DNA from: Bifidobacterium breve
GTDB taxonomy: Bacteria; Actinomycetota; Thermoleophilia; Gaiellales; F1-60-MAGs149
Assembly (NCBI GenBank): GCA_945877865.1
Contig: CAMDVX010000001.1
Coordinates: forward strand, 18,728-82,727
Direction: 5' to 3'
Length of the DNA stretch: 64,000 nt
Below the pieces are notes generated by a model that worked only from the letters and a program-made list of their open reading frames with translations, had not been told where the DNA came from and ran no database searches. Positions 27,451 through 36,640 of the stretch are shown here, piece by piece. A program made the translations under genes and the position numbers. Positions within the stretch are counted from its first letter, which is position 1. Each line of letters opens with the position of its first letter.

Positions 27451-28629
27451 ATGCCTGCGTTCCTTTCATTCTTCGACGATCAAGACGAAGCGCCTCCGGA
27501 GCGCAAGGCGGCTCGACGTCCTTCAGCGCCTCCCAGCAACCGTGGCAAAGGCCCTCAGCGTCTGCTCGTGCTCGGGGTAGGCCTGCTCGTGGTGATCGTC
27601 GCCGGGTACTTCATGGTTCAGCGCTGTCAGCGCGACCAGGAGGTTGCGTCGTTCCAAGGGTTCGTCGCGAACTCCAACGAGGTCGCGAAGGCGTCGGGCA
27701 CCGTTGGCTCGGAGTTCTCGCTGGCGGTCCTCACGGCGGGCCAGACGCCCAACGGTCTTGATCAGGCGCTCTCGCGGCAGATTCAGACGCAGCAGCAGAT
27801 CGCCAAGAACGCCGCTAGCCTCGGTGCCCCTGACGACCTCAAGCCCTACAGCCCTTTCCTCGTCCAGTCCATGCAGTACCGGGTCAGCGGCTTGCAGGGC
27901 ATGCAGAAGGCGCTCAAGGATGCCTTCACTGCTGCCGGCACGTCAGGCCAGGTGCCGCTTGAGCAGGCCGCGTCCGTTGCCGCAACGTTCCAGCGTCTGA
28001 TCGCGTCTGACGTTGTCTACACCGACTCGTATCAGGACCCGACCAAGCAGGTGCTGGCGCAGAAGTCGATCAATGCGACCGTCGATCCGTCCCAGTTCGT
28101 CGATCCCAAGCTGATCGAGTTTGCTGCGCCGCAGCGCATGCAGTCGATCCTCAATGCGCTGCTCGGCGGAGCGCCGATCGATGGCGGCACCACCACGGAC
28201 GCGAGTGGTCAGACGATCCAGTCGCCGACGAGCTCGACTGGGGCGCTGCACGGCACGACGCTGGTGAGCACCTTCTTTACCCCGGGCGACAGCCAGCTTG
28301 ACCCTGCGAGCGTCAATGAGGTGGATAGCGCCAACTCGATGGCGTTTGCCGTGACCGTGCAGAACTCGGGTGACACCACCGAGGTTTCCGTGAAGGTCAA
28401 CATCGTGATCCGCGCCAAGGGCATGGACGATCGCACCCTCGCCACCGGCGAGATCACGACGATCGACCCGGGTGCCGAAGGCACGGTCCAGATCCCGTTC
28501 GGTCTCTCCGACATCGTCTTTGATGACATCGTCACCGTCAAGGTGACGGTCGAGAAGGTGCCGGGCGAGGAGAACATCGACAACAATCTCGGCGCCTACA
28601 AGATCCAGTTCCGACTCAAGCCCGCCTGA
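27451..28629 (+). CDS. membrane-anchored protein with C-terminal CARDB-like domain
   Basis: Trimmed to MPAFLSFFDD.... One TM helix (LLVLGVGLLVVIVAGYF). The C-terminus (FAVTVQNSGDTTEVSVKVNIVI...IDPGAEGTVQIPF...VKVTVEKVPGEENIDNN) resembles the CARDB consensus. Confidence 0.55.
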   Translation: MPAFLSFFDDQDEAPPERKAARRPSAPPSNRGKGPQRLLVLGVGLLVVIVAGYFMVQRCQRDQEVASFQGFVANSNEVAKASGTVGSEFSLAVLTAGQTPNGLDQALSRQIQTQQQIAKNAASLGAPDDLKPYSPFLVQSMQYRVSGLQGMQKALKDAFTAAGTSGQVPLEQAASVAATFQRLIASDVVYTDSYQDPTKQVLAQKSINATVDPSQFVDPKLIEFAAPQRMQSILNALLGGAPIDGGTTTDASGQTIQSPTSSTGALHGTTLVSTFFTPGDSQLDPASVNEVDSANSMAFAVTVQNSGDTTEVSVKVNIVIRAKGMDDRTLATGEITTIDPGAEGTVQIPFGLSDIVFDDIVTVKVTVEKVPGEENIDNNLGAYKIQFRLKPA

Positions 28630-28643
28630 GGAGGCTCGAGGCT

Positions 28644-29126
28644 ATGACCGTCGAGTCGGAGGTCGCCATCGCGGTCGGCGTGGGGGGGCTCCTCCTCGCT
28701 GTGGTGGCGCTCGCCATCGCCGTTCGCACTGCGCTGTGGGCCAAGCGCTTGCGCGGTGCGGAGCAGGCGCTGCTCGCGGGTGAGCCGGTTGATCTGGTGG
28801 AGTTCGCCGTTGGCATGCAGGCCCGGATGGAGCGCATCGAGGGCGATGCCAATCGCCTGCGGGATGAGGTCGTCTCCGCGCTCGGTACGCTCGATGTGCT
28901 CCTGCGACACCGCGCCATTGTTCGCTACGACGCGACGGGTGAGGAGGAGGGGCGCCGCTCGACCTCGCTGGCCCTGCTCGACCGGCAGGGGTCGGGGATC
29001 GTCGTCAGCGCCGTGCACGCTGGAGCCTCCACGAGCGTCTTCGTCAAGGACGTCCTGCGTGGTGATGCCGGGTCGGTGGCCCTGACGGCTGAGGAGCAGC
29101 AGGCCGTCACCCACGCCTTGCGCTGA
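28644..29126 (+). CDS. DUF4446-family membrane protein
   Basis: 160 aa. N-terminal TM helix, a coiled region, then RHRAIVRYDATGEEEGRRSTSLALLD..GSGIVVSAV, which is typical of DUF4446 as I recall it. Confidence 0.65.
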   Translation: MTVESEVAIAVGVGGLLLAVVALAIAVRTALWAKRLRGAEQALLAGEPVDLVEFAVGMQARMERIEGDANRLRDEVVSALGTLDVLLRHRAIVRYDATGEEEGRRSTSLALLDRQGSGIVVSAVHAGASTSVFVKDVLRGDAGSVALTAEEQQAVTHALR

Positions 29127-29270
29127 CGTGTCGTCGCTCCGATCGCCGCCGCCCCTGTGCGCATCGTCGATAGCTGGCAGCACCTGCGTAGGTTCGACCG
29201 AGGCGGTCGCCGCACCGGGCCAGTCAGGCAGGGCTGTTCGAGTGGGCGTGCTACCGTCGCGACGAGGGAC

Positions 29271-30773
29271 ATGACGGATACCGAGGTGACATCGACGACC
29301 CGCGCCGCGCGCCATCTGAGCCTGCTGTCGGAGACGGTGGGAGCCGTTACCAGCTCGCTGGATCTGGCCAAGGTGACCGAAGCCGTGGCGGTCGCCGTGG
29401 CTCGTGCGTTTGGAACGGACGCCTGCTTCGTGTACAGCTACGACGACGCGACGAATGATCTGGTGCTTCAGGCGGTCCACGGCACGCACGTTGAGGCCAC
29501 CGCGGGACCACCGCGCATGCAGGTCGGCGAGGGGCTCACCGGCTGGGCCGCCGAGACGCGCCAGCCCGTGGCGATTGCGGCAGATGCCCACCTCGATGCG
29601 CGCTTCAAGGAGTTTCCTAATCTGCCTGAGCGGCGCTTTCAGAGCCTCCTCGCGGTGCCGATCCTCGATCGCCGAGAGCGTCTCGCTGGCGCGATGAACG
29701 TCCGTACCGTCGAGCCACGGGAGTACCACCCTGACGAGATCGAGCTGCTCGAGACGATCGCGCGGCAGGTGGCGCAGGCGATTGAGAACGCCCGGCTCTA
29801 CGAGCGTTCCCAGCGCCGCGTGGCAGAGCTCGAGGCGCTGGGCAGCATCTCGCAGGCGGTTGCCGAATCGCTCTACCTCGAAGAGGCGTTAGCCCACATT
29901 GCTGATGCTGCTGCCCGCGCGGCGCATGCTGAGGTCTGCGCGCTCGTCCTCGATGGACCCGAGGGGTCTGCCGTCGCTCGGCGGTCCACGCTGGATGGGC
30001 CTGCGGACGCGGAGCTTGCCGCCCTCGGGCTGCGGGCGCCGGTCGAGGAGCCTGGCGTCTTCGCAGTGCCGCTCGCGTGGAAGGCGCGGCGCCTCGGAGC
30101 GCTCGTCGCGACGACGACCGACGCTCGGCAGTTCACGCCAGAGGAGAAGCTGCTGCTGCGATCTGTGGCCAACCAGGCGGCGGCAGCTGTCGAATCCGGC
30201 CGCGGCGTGATGCGGGGGATCGTCGCGCAGGAGATCCACCACCGCGTCAAGAACAACCTCCAGACGGTTGCGTCGCTGCTGCGGCTGCGCTCAGGGGGGC
30301 CCGACCCGGCCCGTGCGCTGGCCGACTCGGTGGACCGGATCCTCTCGATTGCAGAGGTGCACGATCTCCTCACCGCGAGCCGCGAGGGTGACGTTGACCT
30401 GTCGGATCTGGTGCGCCGAGTCTCTGCGATGCTCGGCCGCGGAATTGGCACGCGTCCGGCAGAGGAGACGATCGCGCACGTCGTGGTGCCGGGCGACGCA
30501 GCCACTGCCGTGGCGCTGATCTTCACCGAGCTGTATGCGAATGCCCTCGAGCACGGCGGAGGTGACGTCCGCGTTGCGCTGGGCCAGCGGGCCGGGGAGA
30601 TCGAGCTGATCGTCTCGGACAGCGGCCCAGGCCTGCCGGCCGACTTCGACCCCGCTAGCTCGCTGGGCCTCAAGATTGCGACCGCGCTTGCGGTCGACCA
30701 GCTGCACGGCCGGCTCGCGATTGAGGATGGCCGTCCGGGCGTCGTGGCGCGGCTCACCTGGGGTGCCGGATGA
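29271..30773 (+). CDS. pdtaS: cytoplasmic GAF-containing sensor histidine kinase (HisKA_2 type), PdtaS-like
   Basis: Trimmed to MTDTEVTS.... GAF-like regions, H-box EIHHRVKNNLQTVASLLRL, and an ATPase domain (ELYANALEHG...DSGPGLP). No TM segment. Coupled to an ANTAR regulator. Confidence 0.82.
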   Translation: MTDTEVTSTTRAARHLSLLSETVGAVTSSLDLAKVTEAVAVAVARAFGTDACFVYSYDDATNDLVLQAVHGTHVEATAGPPRMQVGEGLTGWAAETRQPVAIAADAHLDARFKEFPNLPERRFQSLLAVPILDRRERLAGAMNVRTVEPREYHPDEIELLETIARQVAQAIENARLYERSQRRVAELEALGSISQAVAESLYLEEALAHIADAAARAAHAEVCALVLDGPEGSAVARRSTLDGPADAELAALGLRAPVEEPGVFAVPLAWKARRLGALVATTTDARQFTPEEKLLLRSVANQAAAAVESGRGVMRGIVAQEIHHRVKNNLQTVASLLRLRSGGPDPARALADSVDRILSIAEVHDLLTASREGDVDLSDLVRRVSAMLGRGIGTRPAEETIAHVVVPGDAATAVALIFTELYANALEHGGGDVRVALGQRAGEIELIVSDSGPGLPADFDPASSLGLKIATALAVDQLHGRLAIEDGRPGVVARLTWGAG

Positions 30774-31348
30774 GGGTCCTGATTGCCGAGGATGAGACGA
30801 TCATCCGGCTGGACGTTCGTGCGCTGCTTGAGAAGGCGGGGCATCAGGTCGTCGCCGAGGCCCGCGACGGCGTGGAGGCGGTGGCGCTCGCAGCCGAGCA
30901 CGAGCCCGACCTGATCGTGATGGACGTCCGCATGCCGCAGCTCGACGGCATCGCCGCCGCGCGCGAGATCACGGCCGCCCGCGCGGTGCCGATCGTCATG
31001 CTGACGGCTCATGCCGAGGGTGATCTCGTCGCCCGTGCCTCGGAGGCAGGTGCCTTCGGATATCTCGTCAAGCCGTTTCGCGAGGTGGACCTGCTGCCGG
31101 CGATCGACACCGCGCGGGCGCGCTTCGACGAGCTGGCCGCCCTGCGGGGCGAGGCCGCTGACCTCGCCGAGGCGCTCGCCTCGCGCAAGGCGGTCGAGCG
31201 GGCGAAGGGCATCCTGATGCGCCAGGAGGGAATCGATGAGGCCGAGGCGTTCCGACGGATTCGCTCAGCCAGCCAGAAGACTGGGCGCCAGATGCGCGTC
31301 GTCGCCGAGGCGCTGATCGCCACGTATGCGCCAGCGGGTGAGGCATGA
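30770..31348 (+). CDS. pdtaR: response regulator with ANTAR RNA-binding output domain, PdtaR-like
   Basis: REC domain (MRVLIAEDE...DLIVMDVRMPQLDG...YLVKPF) followed by an ANTAR domain (LASRKAVERAKGILM...EAEAFRRIRSASQKTGRQMRVVAEALI). ATGA overlap with pdtaS. Confidence 0.88.
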   Translation: MRVLIAEDETIIRLDVRALLEKAGHQVVAEARDGVEAVALAAEHEPDLIVMDVRMPQLDGIAAAREITAARAVPIVMLTAHAEGDLVARASEAGAFGYLVKPFREVDLLPAIDTARARFDELAALRGEAADLAEALASRKAVERAKGILMRQEGIDEAEAFRRIRSASQKTGRQMRVVAEALIATYAPAGEA

Positions 31349-31638
31349 GCGCACCGCCAGACGTCGTTGAGCGCCGCAGCGGTGGCACCGGGACTGCGCT
31401 CGGTCCGCCCTGGCGGGTCATCGTTCTCAACGATGAGCACAACACCTTCGAGGGCGTCGCTCGCTCGCTGTCCGCGGTGCTACCGAACGTGGACTACCGG
31501 CGCGGGCTCACGTTTGCAAACCGCATTCATCAGTCTGGGCGGGCCATCGTTTGGACGGGGCACCAGGAGCTGGCGGAGCTCTACCACGAGCAGCTCGCGA
31601 GCCGCGGGCTGACGATGGCGCCGCTTGAGCAGGGCTAG
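31345..31638 (+). CDS. clpS: ATP-dependent Clp protease adaptor ClpS
   Basis: 97 aa. WRVIVLNDEHNTFEGVARSL...A....IHQSGRAIVWTG..ELAE matches the ClpS core. ATGA overlap with pdtaR. Confidence 0.82.
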   Translation: MSAPPDVVERRSGGTGTALGPPWRVIVLNDEHNTFEGVARSLSAVLPNVDYRRGLTFANRIHQSGRAIVWTGHQELAELYHEQLASRGLTMAPLEQG

Positions 31639-31645
31639 CGCGCGC

Positions 31646-32539
31646 TTACTGCGTCTGAAAGGAGAAGAGGCGCTGCACAATCGCCTCTGGTGTCGCCAGC
31701 CACACGCCCCGGTCGCGAAGACCGCTGAGCGTGGCGTTGTAGTCGGCCAATACGTCGGGCCGCGCGCCGTCAAAGCGTTGGATCGGCACGCTTAGCACGG
31801 CTGCACCGCCGGCGGCAAGCAGCTCCGTGAGTCCGGCCGTCGGACCACGGCCCAGCACAGGCAGCTCGACGAGCTCGACGGGCCGCTCCGTTGCGGAGTC
31901 CCAGCCGCGGGCAGGGAAGGCAGTGCCCCGACCGAAGCCCTCTCGGCTCGCGATGAGAATGCCGTCGCCCAGACCGAGCACGAAGCCGAGCGCGCGGACG
32001 TGCTCCTGCTCGCTCGCTGTCAGCAGGTCGAATGAGCGTACGGTGGAAACAACGCCGTGCCGCTGCTCGATCTCTGCGACATGCGCGTACGGCGCGATGA
32101 CGTCGGGTGGCTGTGGACGCCGAATGCGTGCCCGCAGACCAGCCGGCTCGGGTGGTGGCGGCGTGGCCTCGTGCAGCACAGCGACGGCGCAGGCTGCTCC
32201 CTGAGGCCACGGTGGTGTGACGAGCAGACGCTCGCTGCGGACCCAAGCGGCGACTCGCTGGCGGACCTCATCGACGGGGTTACGCCACGGCTCCTCGTGT
32301 GAGCGGCCGCAGAGCGCGTGATGGGCAAAGGCGATCGGATCCGCCTCCAACGGCAGCGAGCCTGGGGTGAGCCAGGCGTCTGCGGCGTACGGAAGGGCCG
32401 GGCACGGCCAATCGAGGATGACGCTCCCGGTGCGATTGACGCGGACGCCGCTGGAGGCCAGCAGCTCGGTCAGCGTCGCCTTCGCCTTCGTCCCGATGCT
32501 GCCAGGGGCGCCGATCGCCAGACGAACGACCTCGCTCAT
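31646..32539 (-). CDS. hypothetical protein (297 aa), co-operonic with the GT2 gene
   Basis: Coding-like composition and a 4-nt overlap with the upstream GT2 gene. No family recognised. Confidence 0.5.
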   Translation of the reverse strand: MSEVVRLAIGAPGSIGTKAKATLTELLASSGVRVNRTGSVILDWPCPALPYAADAWLTPGSLPLEADPIAFAHHALCGRSHEEPWRNPVDEVRQRVAAWVRSERLLVTPPWPQGAACAVAVLHEATPPPPEPAGLRARIRRPQPPDVIAPYAHVAEIEQRHGVVSTVRSFDLLTASEQEHVRALGFVLGLGDGILIASREGFGRGTAFPARGWDSATERPVELVELPVLGRGPTAGLTELLAAGGAAVLSVPIQRFDGARPDVLADYNATLSGLRDRGVWLATPEAIVQRLFSFQTQ

Positions 32540-33504
32540 CGAGCCACCGCGTGCGCGGCATTCCAGTCGGCGGCGCTCTCGCGCAGACCTGGTCCGGTTG
32601 GTCCGTGCAGGGCGTTGGTGAGGTGCAGCCGCAGCTCCTCCGCAGGCAGGCCGGGTCCCAGCCGTCCCAGCCGTCCCGTTCGCCCTGCAACGCGTGCGAC
32701 CCCGTTCATCGCTCCGTACTGGCCGACCAGCGCGAGCCGTGCGACGTCGCCGCCAAGGCCTGGGTGGTGCTTGGCCCAGTAGCGGCGACGGCTGCGCCAG
32801 AACTCAACGATGCGGCGTGCAGGGTCTGCCGCCGTGGAGGCGCGGACGTGGTGGCGCACGACGGCGCCCTGCACGATGTGCGTCTCGCCACCGCGGGCGG
32901 CGAGCCTTCGCTGCAGATCCGTCTCTTCGGAGAACATGTAGAAGCCCTCGTCGAAGGGGCCGACCGCGTCGATGCTCTCCTGCCGCAGGAGCAGCGCGCA
33001 GCCACTGGCCCAGTCGACCCGAGCCGCTGCAGCGCTTGGACGCTGCTCGATGCCTGCTTGTCCCAGCGTGGCGAGGCTGCGTAGGCAGGTCGCAGGGGTG
33101 GGGAAGCGAAAGGCCGTGGGCTGGTGGCGGCCATCGGGATAGGTGACGATCGGGGCGGCCACCGCCGCCTCTGGCACCGTCTCGAGGTGGCGAACGAGCT
33201 GATCGACCGCGCCGGGCTCTACGGTGGCGTCGTCGTTGAGGAGCAGGTACAGCGGCGCACCCGCACGCGCCATCAGCCGATTGTGGTTCGCTCCGAAGCC
33301 GTCACGGAACGTCTGCTGGATGAGCTCGACGTCAGGAAACCGAGCACGCACGGCGTCGCACGTCCCGTCCTCTGAGGCGTTGTCGAGCACGTGGATGGTG
33401 TGCGCAACGGAGGGCTTGCCCGCTTCGGTCAAGGCCGTGAGCGCCTCCAGCAGGAGGTCTCGGTTGCCGTGGGCGACGATCCCGACGGCGAGCCGCGTGC
33501 TCAC
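32536..33504 (-). CDS. family-2 glycosyltransferase
   Basis: Trimmed to the GTG at 33504, which forms a GTGA overlap with the epimerase stop. VGIVAHGNRDLL..L..L...........HVLDNASEDGT, LLNDDATVEPG and the GT-A fold pattern support the call. The track's longer N-terminus is an Arg/His-rich artefact. Confidence 0.8.
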   Translation of the reverse strand: MSTRLAVGIVAHGNRDLLLEALTALTEAGKPSVAHTIHVLDNASEDGTCDAVRARFPDVELIQQTFRDGFGANHNRLMARAGAPLYLLLNDDATVEPGAVDQLVRHLETVPEAAVAAPIVTYPDGRHQPTAFRFPTPATCLRSLATLGQAGIEQRPSAAAARVDWASGCALLLRQESIDAVGPFDEGFYMFSEETDLQRRLAARGGETHIVQGAVVRHHVRASTAADPARRIVEFWRSRRRYWAKHHPGLGGDVARLALVGQYGAMNGVARVAGRTGRLGRLGPGLPAEELRLHLTNALHGPTGPGLRESAADWNAAHAVAR

Positions 33505-34613
33505 CGCTCGAGGCCCCGCCGACGCAGCTCGTCCATGGCCTGGTCTACCCGATCGACGGCCTCTTGCCCGGACAACCACTGTGCGAGCTCTCCAAGCCCG
33601 TGGGCAACTTCGACCTCGGCCCGAAACCCGAGCACCTCGGCGGTGCGGGTGGGATCGCCGATGCAGTGGCGGATGTCGCCGGCGCGGTAGCGCCCCACGA
33701 CGTCGCACTCGATCGCTAGCCCGAGCCCGGAGGCGAGGCCGTTGGCCACATCGATGACGCTTGCTGGCCGGCCGGTGCAGACGTTGAGCGCATGGCCCGT
33801 GACGGTCGACTCCGTGGCCAGCTGGAAGGCGCGGGCGACGTCGGTGACGTGCACGAAGTCGCGCGTCTGGTGACCATCCTCGAACGCCACCGGTGCGTGG
33901 CCGTTGAGGAGTCGGCTGGCGAAGATCGCGCCGACGCCGGTGTAGGGATTGCTGAGCGCTTGGCGCGGTCCGTAGACGTTGAAGAGGCGCAGCGCCAGCG
34001 TGGGGATGGCGTAGGCCGCGCCGACCGAGAGGCACAGCTCCTCGTGGTCGCGCTTCGTCACGGCGTAGACGCTGGTTGGTCGCAGCGGCTTGTCCTCGCC
34101 GGTCGGCTCGGAGACGAGCCGCTCACCGGCCTCCGTCTCGAGCTCCCAGCGACGCTCCGCGAGCTGGTTCTCCGGGCGCAGGTTTGGCGCGAGTCCACGC
34201 TCACCCGTGACCGAGTTCGCATACTGGCCCTCACCGTAGATCGACATCGACGACGCCACGACGAGGCGTTTGATGCGAGCTCGGCGCTCGACTAGCTGCT
34301 CGAGCAGCACGGCGCAGCCCGTCGAGTTGACGTCGACGTAGCGCCGGATCTCGTACATCGACTGGCCGACGCCGACGACGGCTGCGAGATGGACGACCGC
34401 GTCGATGTCGTCGAGCGCGCGGCCGACCGCCGATTCGTCGCGAATGTCACCCACCACGAGCTCGACGGCGGGGTCGAGGTAGTCGGGTGCGCCGCTCGGG
34501 TGCACCTGCGGATCGAGAGCGTCGAAGGCCCGCACGTGATGGCCCGCAGCGAGCAGGCGATCCGCCAGATGCGAGCCGATGAAGCCGGCTCCGCCAGTGA
34601 CCAAGACGCGCAT
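33501..34613 (-). CDS. NAD-dependent sugar-nucleotide epimerase/dehydratase (SDR family)
   Basis: MRVLVTGGAGFIGSHLADRLL Rossmann motif, catalytic SVYAVTKRDHE (YxxxK), 370 aa. Confidence 0.88.
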   Translation of the reverse strand: MRVLVTGGAGFIGSHLADRLLAAGHHVRAFDALDPQVHPSGAPDYLDPAVELVVGDIRDESAVGRALDDIDAVVHLAAVVGVGQSMYEIRRYVDVNSTGCAVLLEQLVERRARIKRLVVASSMSIYGEGQYANSVTGERGLAPNLRPENQLAERRWELETEAGERLVSEPTGEDKPLRPTSVYAVTKRDHEELCLSVGAAYAIPTLALRLFNVYGPRQALSNPYTGVGAIFASRLLNGHAPVAFEDGHQTRDFVHVTDVARAFQLATESTVTGHALNVCTGRPASVIDVANGLASGLGLAIECDVVGRYRAGDIRHCIGDPTRTAEVLGFRAEVEVAHGLGELAQWLSGQEAVDRVDQAMDELRRRGLER

Positions 34614-34666
34614 TGCCTAATCGTACGGGGGCGGCCGCAGGCTGGGCGTCGGATCGCCCCCGCGCG

Positions 34667-36154
34667 CTAGCGCAGAGGCTTTGGTCGCGCCGTCGCGTCG
34701 CTGATCGCCCGCAGCGGCGCAAGCTGGGCGATGGGCGGTGCGACGTGACGGTCGAGGGTGATCGCGCTCGCTGACCGAATGGCGCGCTGCTGCAGGCTGG
34801 CGTTGTCGAGCAGGAGCACCTGGCCGCCACGCGCCACGAACGCACGCAGCCGCTGAAAGAGCCCGTCGGTCCAGACGGACGCGCCGCTGATCACCACGAT
34901 TCGTGCTGCTGCCGGCACTCCGTGGTCTTCGATGAACTGGTCGGAGACGGCGCCAACACGGCCGCCAAGGCCAGCCTGGACGGCCGCCGCCGTCCGCGCC
35001 AGCGCTGCTAGCGGCGTGGTGATGGAGGGATCGAACGGGCGGTCGAGGGCGAGCGGCTGTGGGGGTAGGTCGGGGTACCCAGAGAGGTCCGCATCGGCGG
35101 GGTTGACGGCCTGCCACGAGTAGAGGGGCAGCAGCATCAGGGTGCGGGCCTGTCCGGCGACGCCTTCGGGCGCCCAGCCCTGCCAGCCACCGCCGGCGAT
35201 CGTGACGGCGTAGAGACCGGGCTTGGGGCGGGGCAGTGCGACGGCACCAGGAGCACCCTTGGCCTGCCCGACGACGCGGCCGGGGAAGCTCATGCCCGGC
35301 TCGTGTCGGACGAGCTGGACGTCGGAGAGGAGGGTGACGGGCTGGAGCGAAGGCTGCAGCGCGACCGTTTCGACGCCGACCACGCGGGCCGGGGCGAGCT
35401 GGCCGGAGTCGACCACGGCCGGGGCATCAATGCGGTTGCCCCCGCGGTCTTCTGCCTGCCAGCCGACGATGTAGGAGCCGGGCCCGACGAAGGGGCCGGT
35501 CGTGGTCAGCGGCTGCCCACCCTTGTCGGCGGGCCATTGCATCAGCTTGCGCTGCGTCCACTTCAGCCCAGACTCCCGTCGGATCAGGCGAGCCGTGCCG
35601 TCCGTCTGGACCTGACGCACGACGAGCCGGAGGCGCACAGGCTCGTTGGCGCTGAGCGTGAAGCTGTAGACGCCTATGCCGCCGGCGACGCCCGGTGTGA
35701 TCCGCTGCCCCGCCTTCGCCGTTGAGCCGACCTCCGGCGGTGTGGCGTCGAGTCGGAGCGCATCAGGAATTCGGATCGAGCGGTGCTCCTGCTTGAGCTC
35801 GATTGCGAAGCGGTAACTGCCATCCGCGGCGCGTCCGCCACCGGGGAGGGAGCCGTCCCAGGTCGCGCGGATGCGCCTTCCCGTCTGCTGGGTCTCGGCG
35901 AGCGCGATCTGGTGATCGTCGCTGTCGAGGATCACGACGCTCGCGGTGCCGGTCGCCCGTAGACCAACCGTGAGTGTGGCGGCACGTCGCTCAGGCTTGA
36001 AGGCGTCGGGTGAGAACGTCTGGTTGCTGATGGTAGGCGCGATGATCGGTGACGGGGCATTCTTGACGAGCTGAGCCCGTACGAACACGATGCCCGCTCC
36101 GAGCAACAGGACGACTACGAGGAGGGCGGCCAGCATCCGAACGAGTCTCTCCAC
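34667..36154 (-). CDS. membrane-anchored extracytoplasmic protein with FlgD-Ig-like domain
   Basis: N-terminal TM helix (MLAALLVVVLLLGAGIVFV). FlgD-Ig-like segment (FSPDAF....ATLTVGL..TGTASVVILDSDDHQI......TGRRIRATWDG......ADGSYRFAIEL). The remainder is unassigned. Confidence 0.5.
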   Translation of the reverse strand: MERLVRMLAALLVVVLLLGAGIVFVRAQLVKNAPSPIIAPTISNQTFSPDAFKPERRAATLTVGLRATGTASVVILDSDDHQIALAETQQTGRRIRATWDGSLPGGGRAADGSYRFAIELKQEHRSIRIPDALRLDATPPEVGSTAKAGQRITPGVAGGIGVYSFTLSANEPVRLRLVVRQVQTDGTARLIRRESGLKWTQRKLMQWPADKGGQPLTTTGPFVGPGSYIVGWQAEDRGGNRIDAPAVVDSGQLAPARVVGVETVALQPSLQPVTLLSDVQLVRHEPGMSFPGRVVGQAKGAPGAVALPRPKPGLYAVTIAGGGWQGWAPEGVAGQARTLMLLPLYSWQAVNPADADLSGYPDLPPQPLALDRPFDPSITTPLAALARTAAAVQAGLGGRVGAVSDQFIEDHGVPAAARIVVISGASVWTDGLFQRLRAFVARGGQVLLLDNASLQQRAIRSASAITLDRHVAPPIAQLAPLRAISDATARPKPLR

Positions 36155-36193
36155 GCCGCTAATCGTAGGGGCGGCTCGTGCTCCGAGCCCTCG

Positions 36194-36640
36194 CTACTCG
36201 TCTGCCAGCAGCCGGCGAGCGGCATCGCGGAGGCCACGCAGCACGGCAAGTGCCTCTGGCCACGCGGAGCCGGGGACTATCACGTGGTCGCGCGAGGCCG
36301 TACCGACGAGGATGATCGGGACGCTGCGCTCGGCGAGCGCGCCGCTGATCGTGGACGCGAACCCGGTCAGGTCGGGTGGCAGCGGCGCCAGCAGCAGGAT
36401 TACGCGGAGGTCGTCCTGCCGCGTGTCTGCTGCCGGCAGCGTGTTGGCGAGCACGGTGCGAATGACGAAGGTCGTCTCCACTGGATCGTCGATGCGGGCG
36501 CCGAAGGCATCCGCCAAGAGCTCGGGCGGGGTCGCTGGCGCGCAGCCGCGGGAGTAGCCGAGCAGGGTGAACTCGTCGTCAAGCAGCATCGGCTCAAGCG
36601 CCGCGAGCGCCTCAACCAACGGTGGCGGCTGCTCGGTCAT
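36194..36640 (-). CDS. hypothetical protein, possible ACT-like ligand-binding domain
   Basis: 148 aa with a 4-nt overlap with the upstream FAD oxidoreductase. The C-terminal VPIILVGTASRDHVIVPGSAWPEALAVL resembles the ACT_7-type motif. This is a weak call. Confidence 0.4.
   Translation of the reverse strand: MTEQPPPLVEALAALEPMLLDDEFTLLGYSRGCAPATPPELLADAFGARIDDPVETTFVIRTVLANTLPAADTRQDDLRVILLLAPLPPDLTGFASTISGALAERSVPIILVGTASRDHVIVPGSAWPEALAVLRGLRDAARRLLADE

Noticed and set aside
28596-31012. Two long minus-strand ORFs (28596-29729, 377 aa; 29873-31012, 379 aa)
   Set aside because: They are antisense to the DUF4446, pdtaS and pdtaR genes. Their Arg/Gly/His/Asp-rich composition and lack of motifs are typical of high-GC shadow ORFs.
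32536-34035. 499-aa ORF for the GT2 gene
   Set aside because: The N-terminal 177 aa are Arg/His/Pro-rich and lie antisense-frame over the epimerase gene. The GTG at 33504 forms a GTGA overlap with the epimerase stop, and the GT-A domain starts immediately after it.
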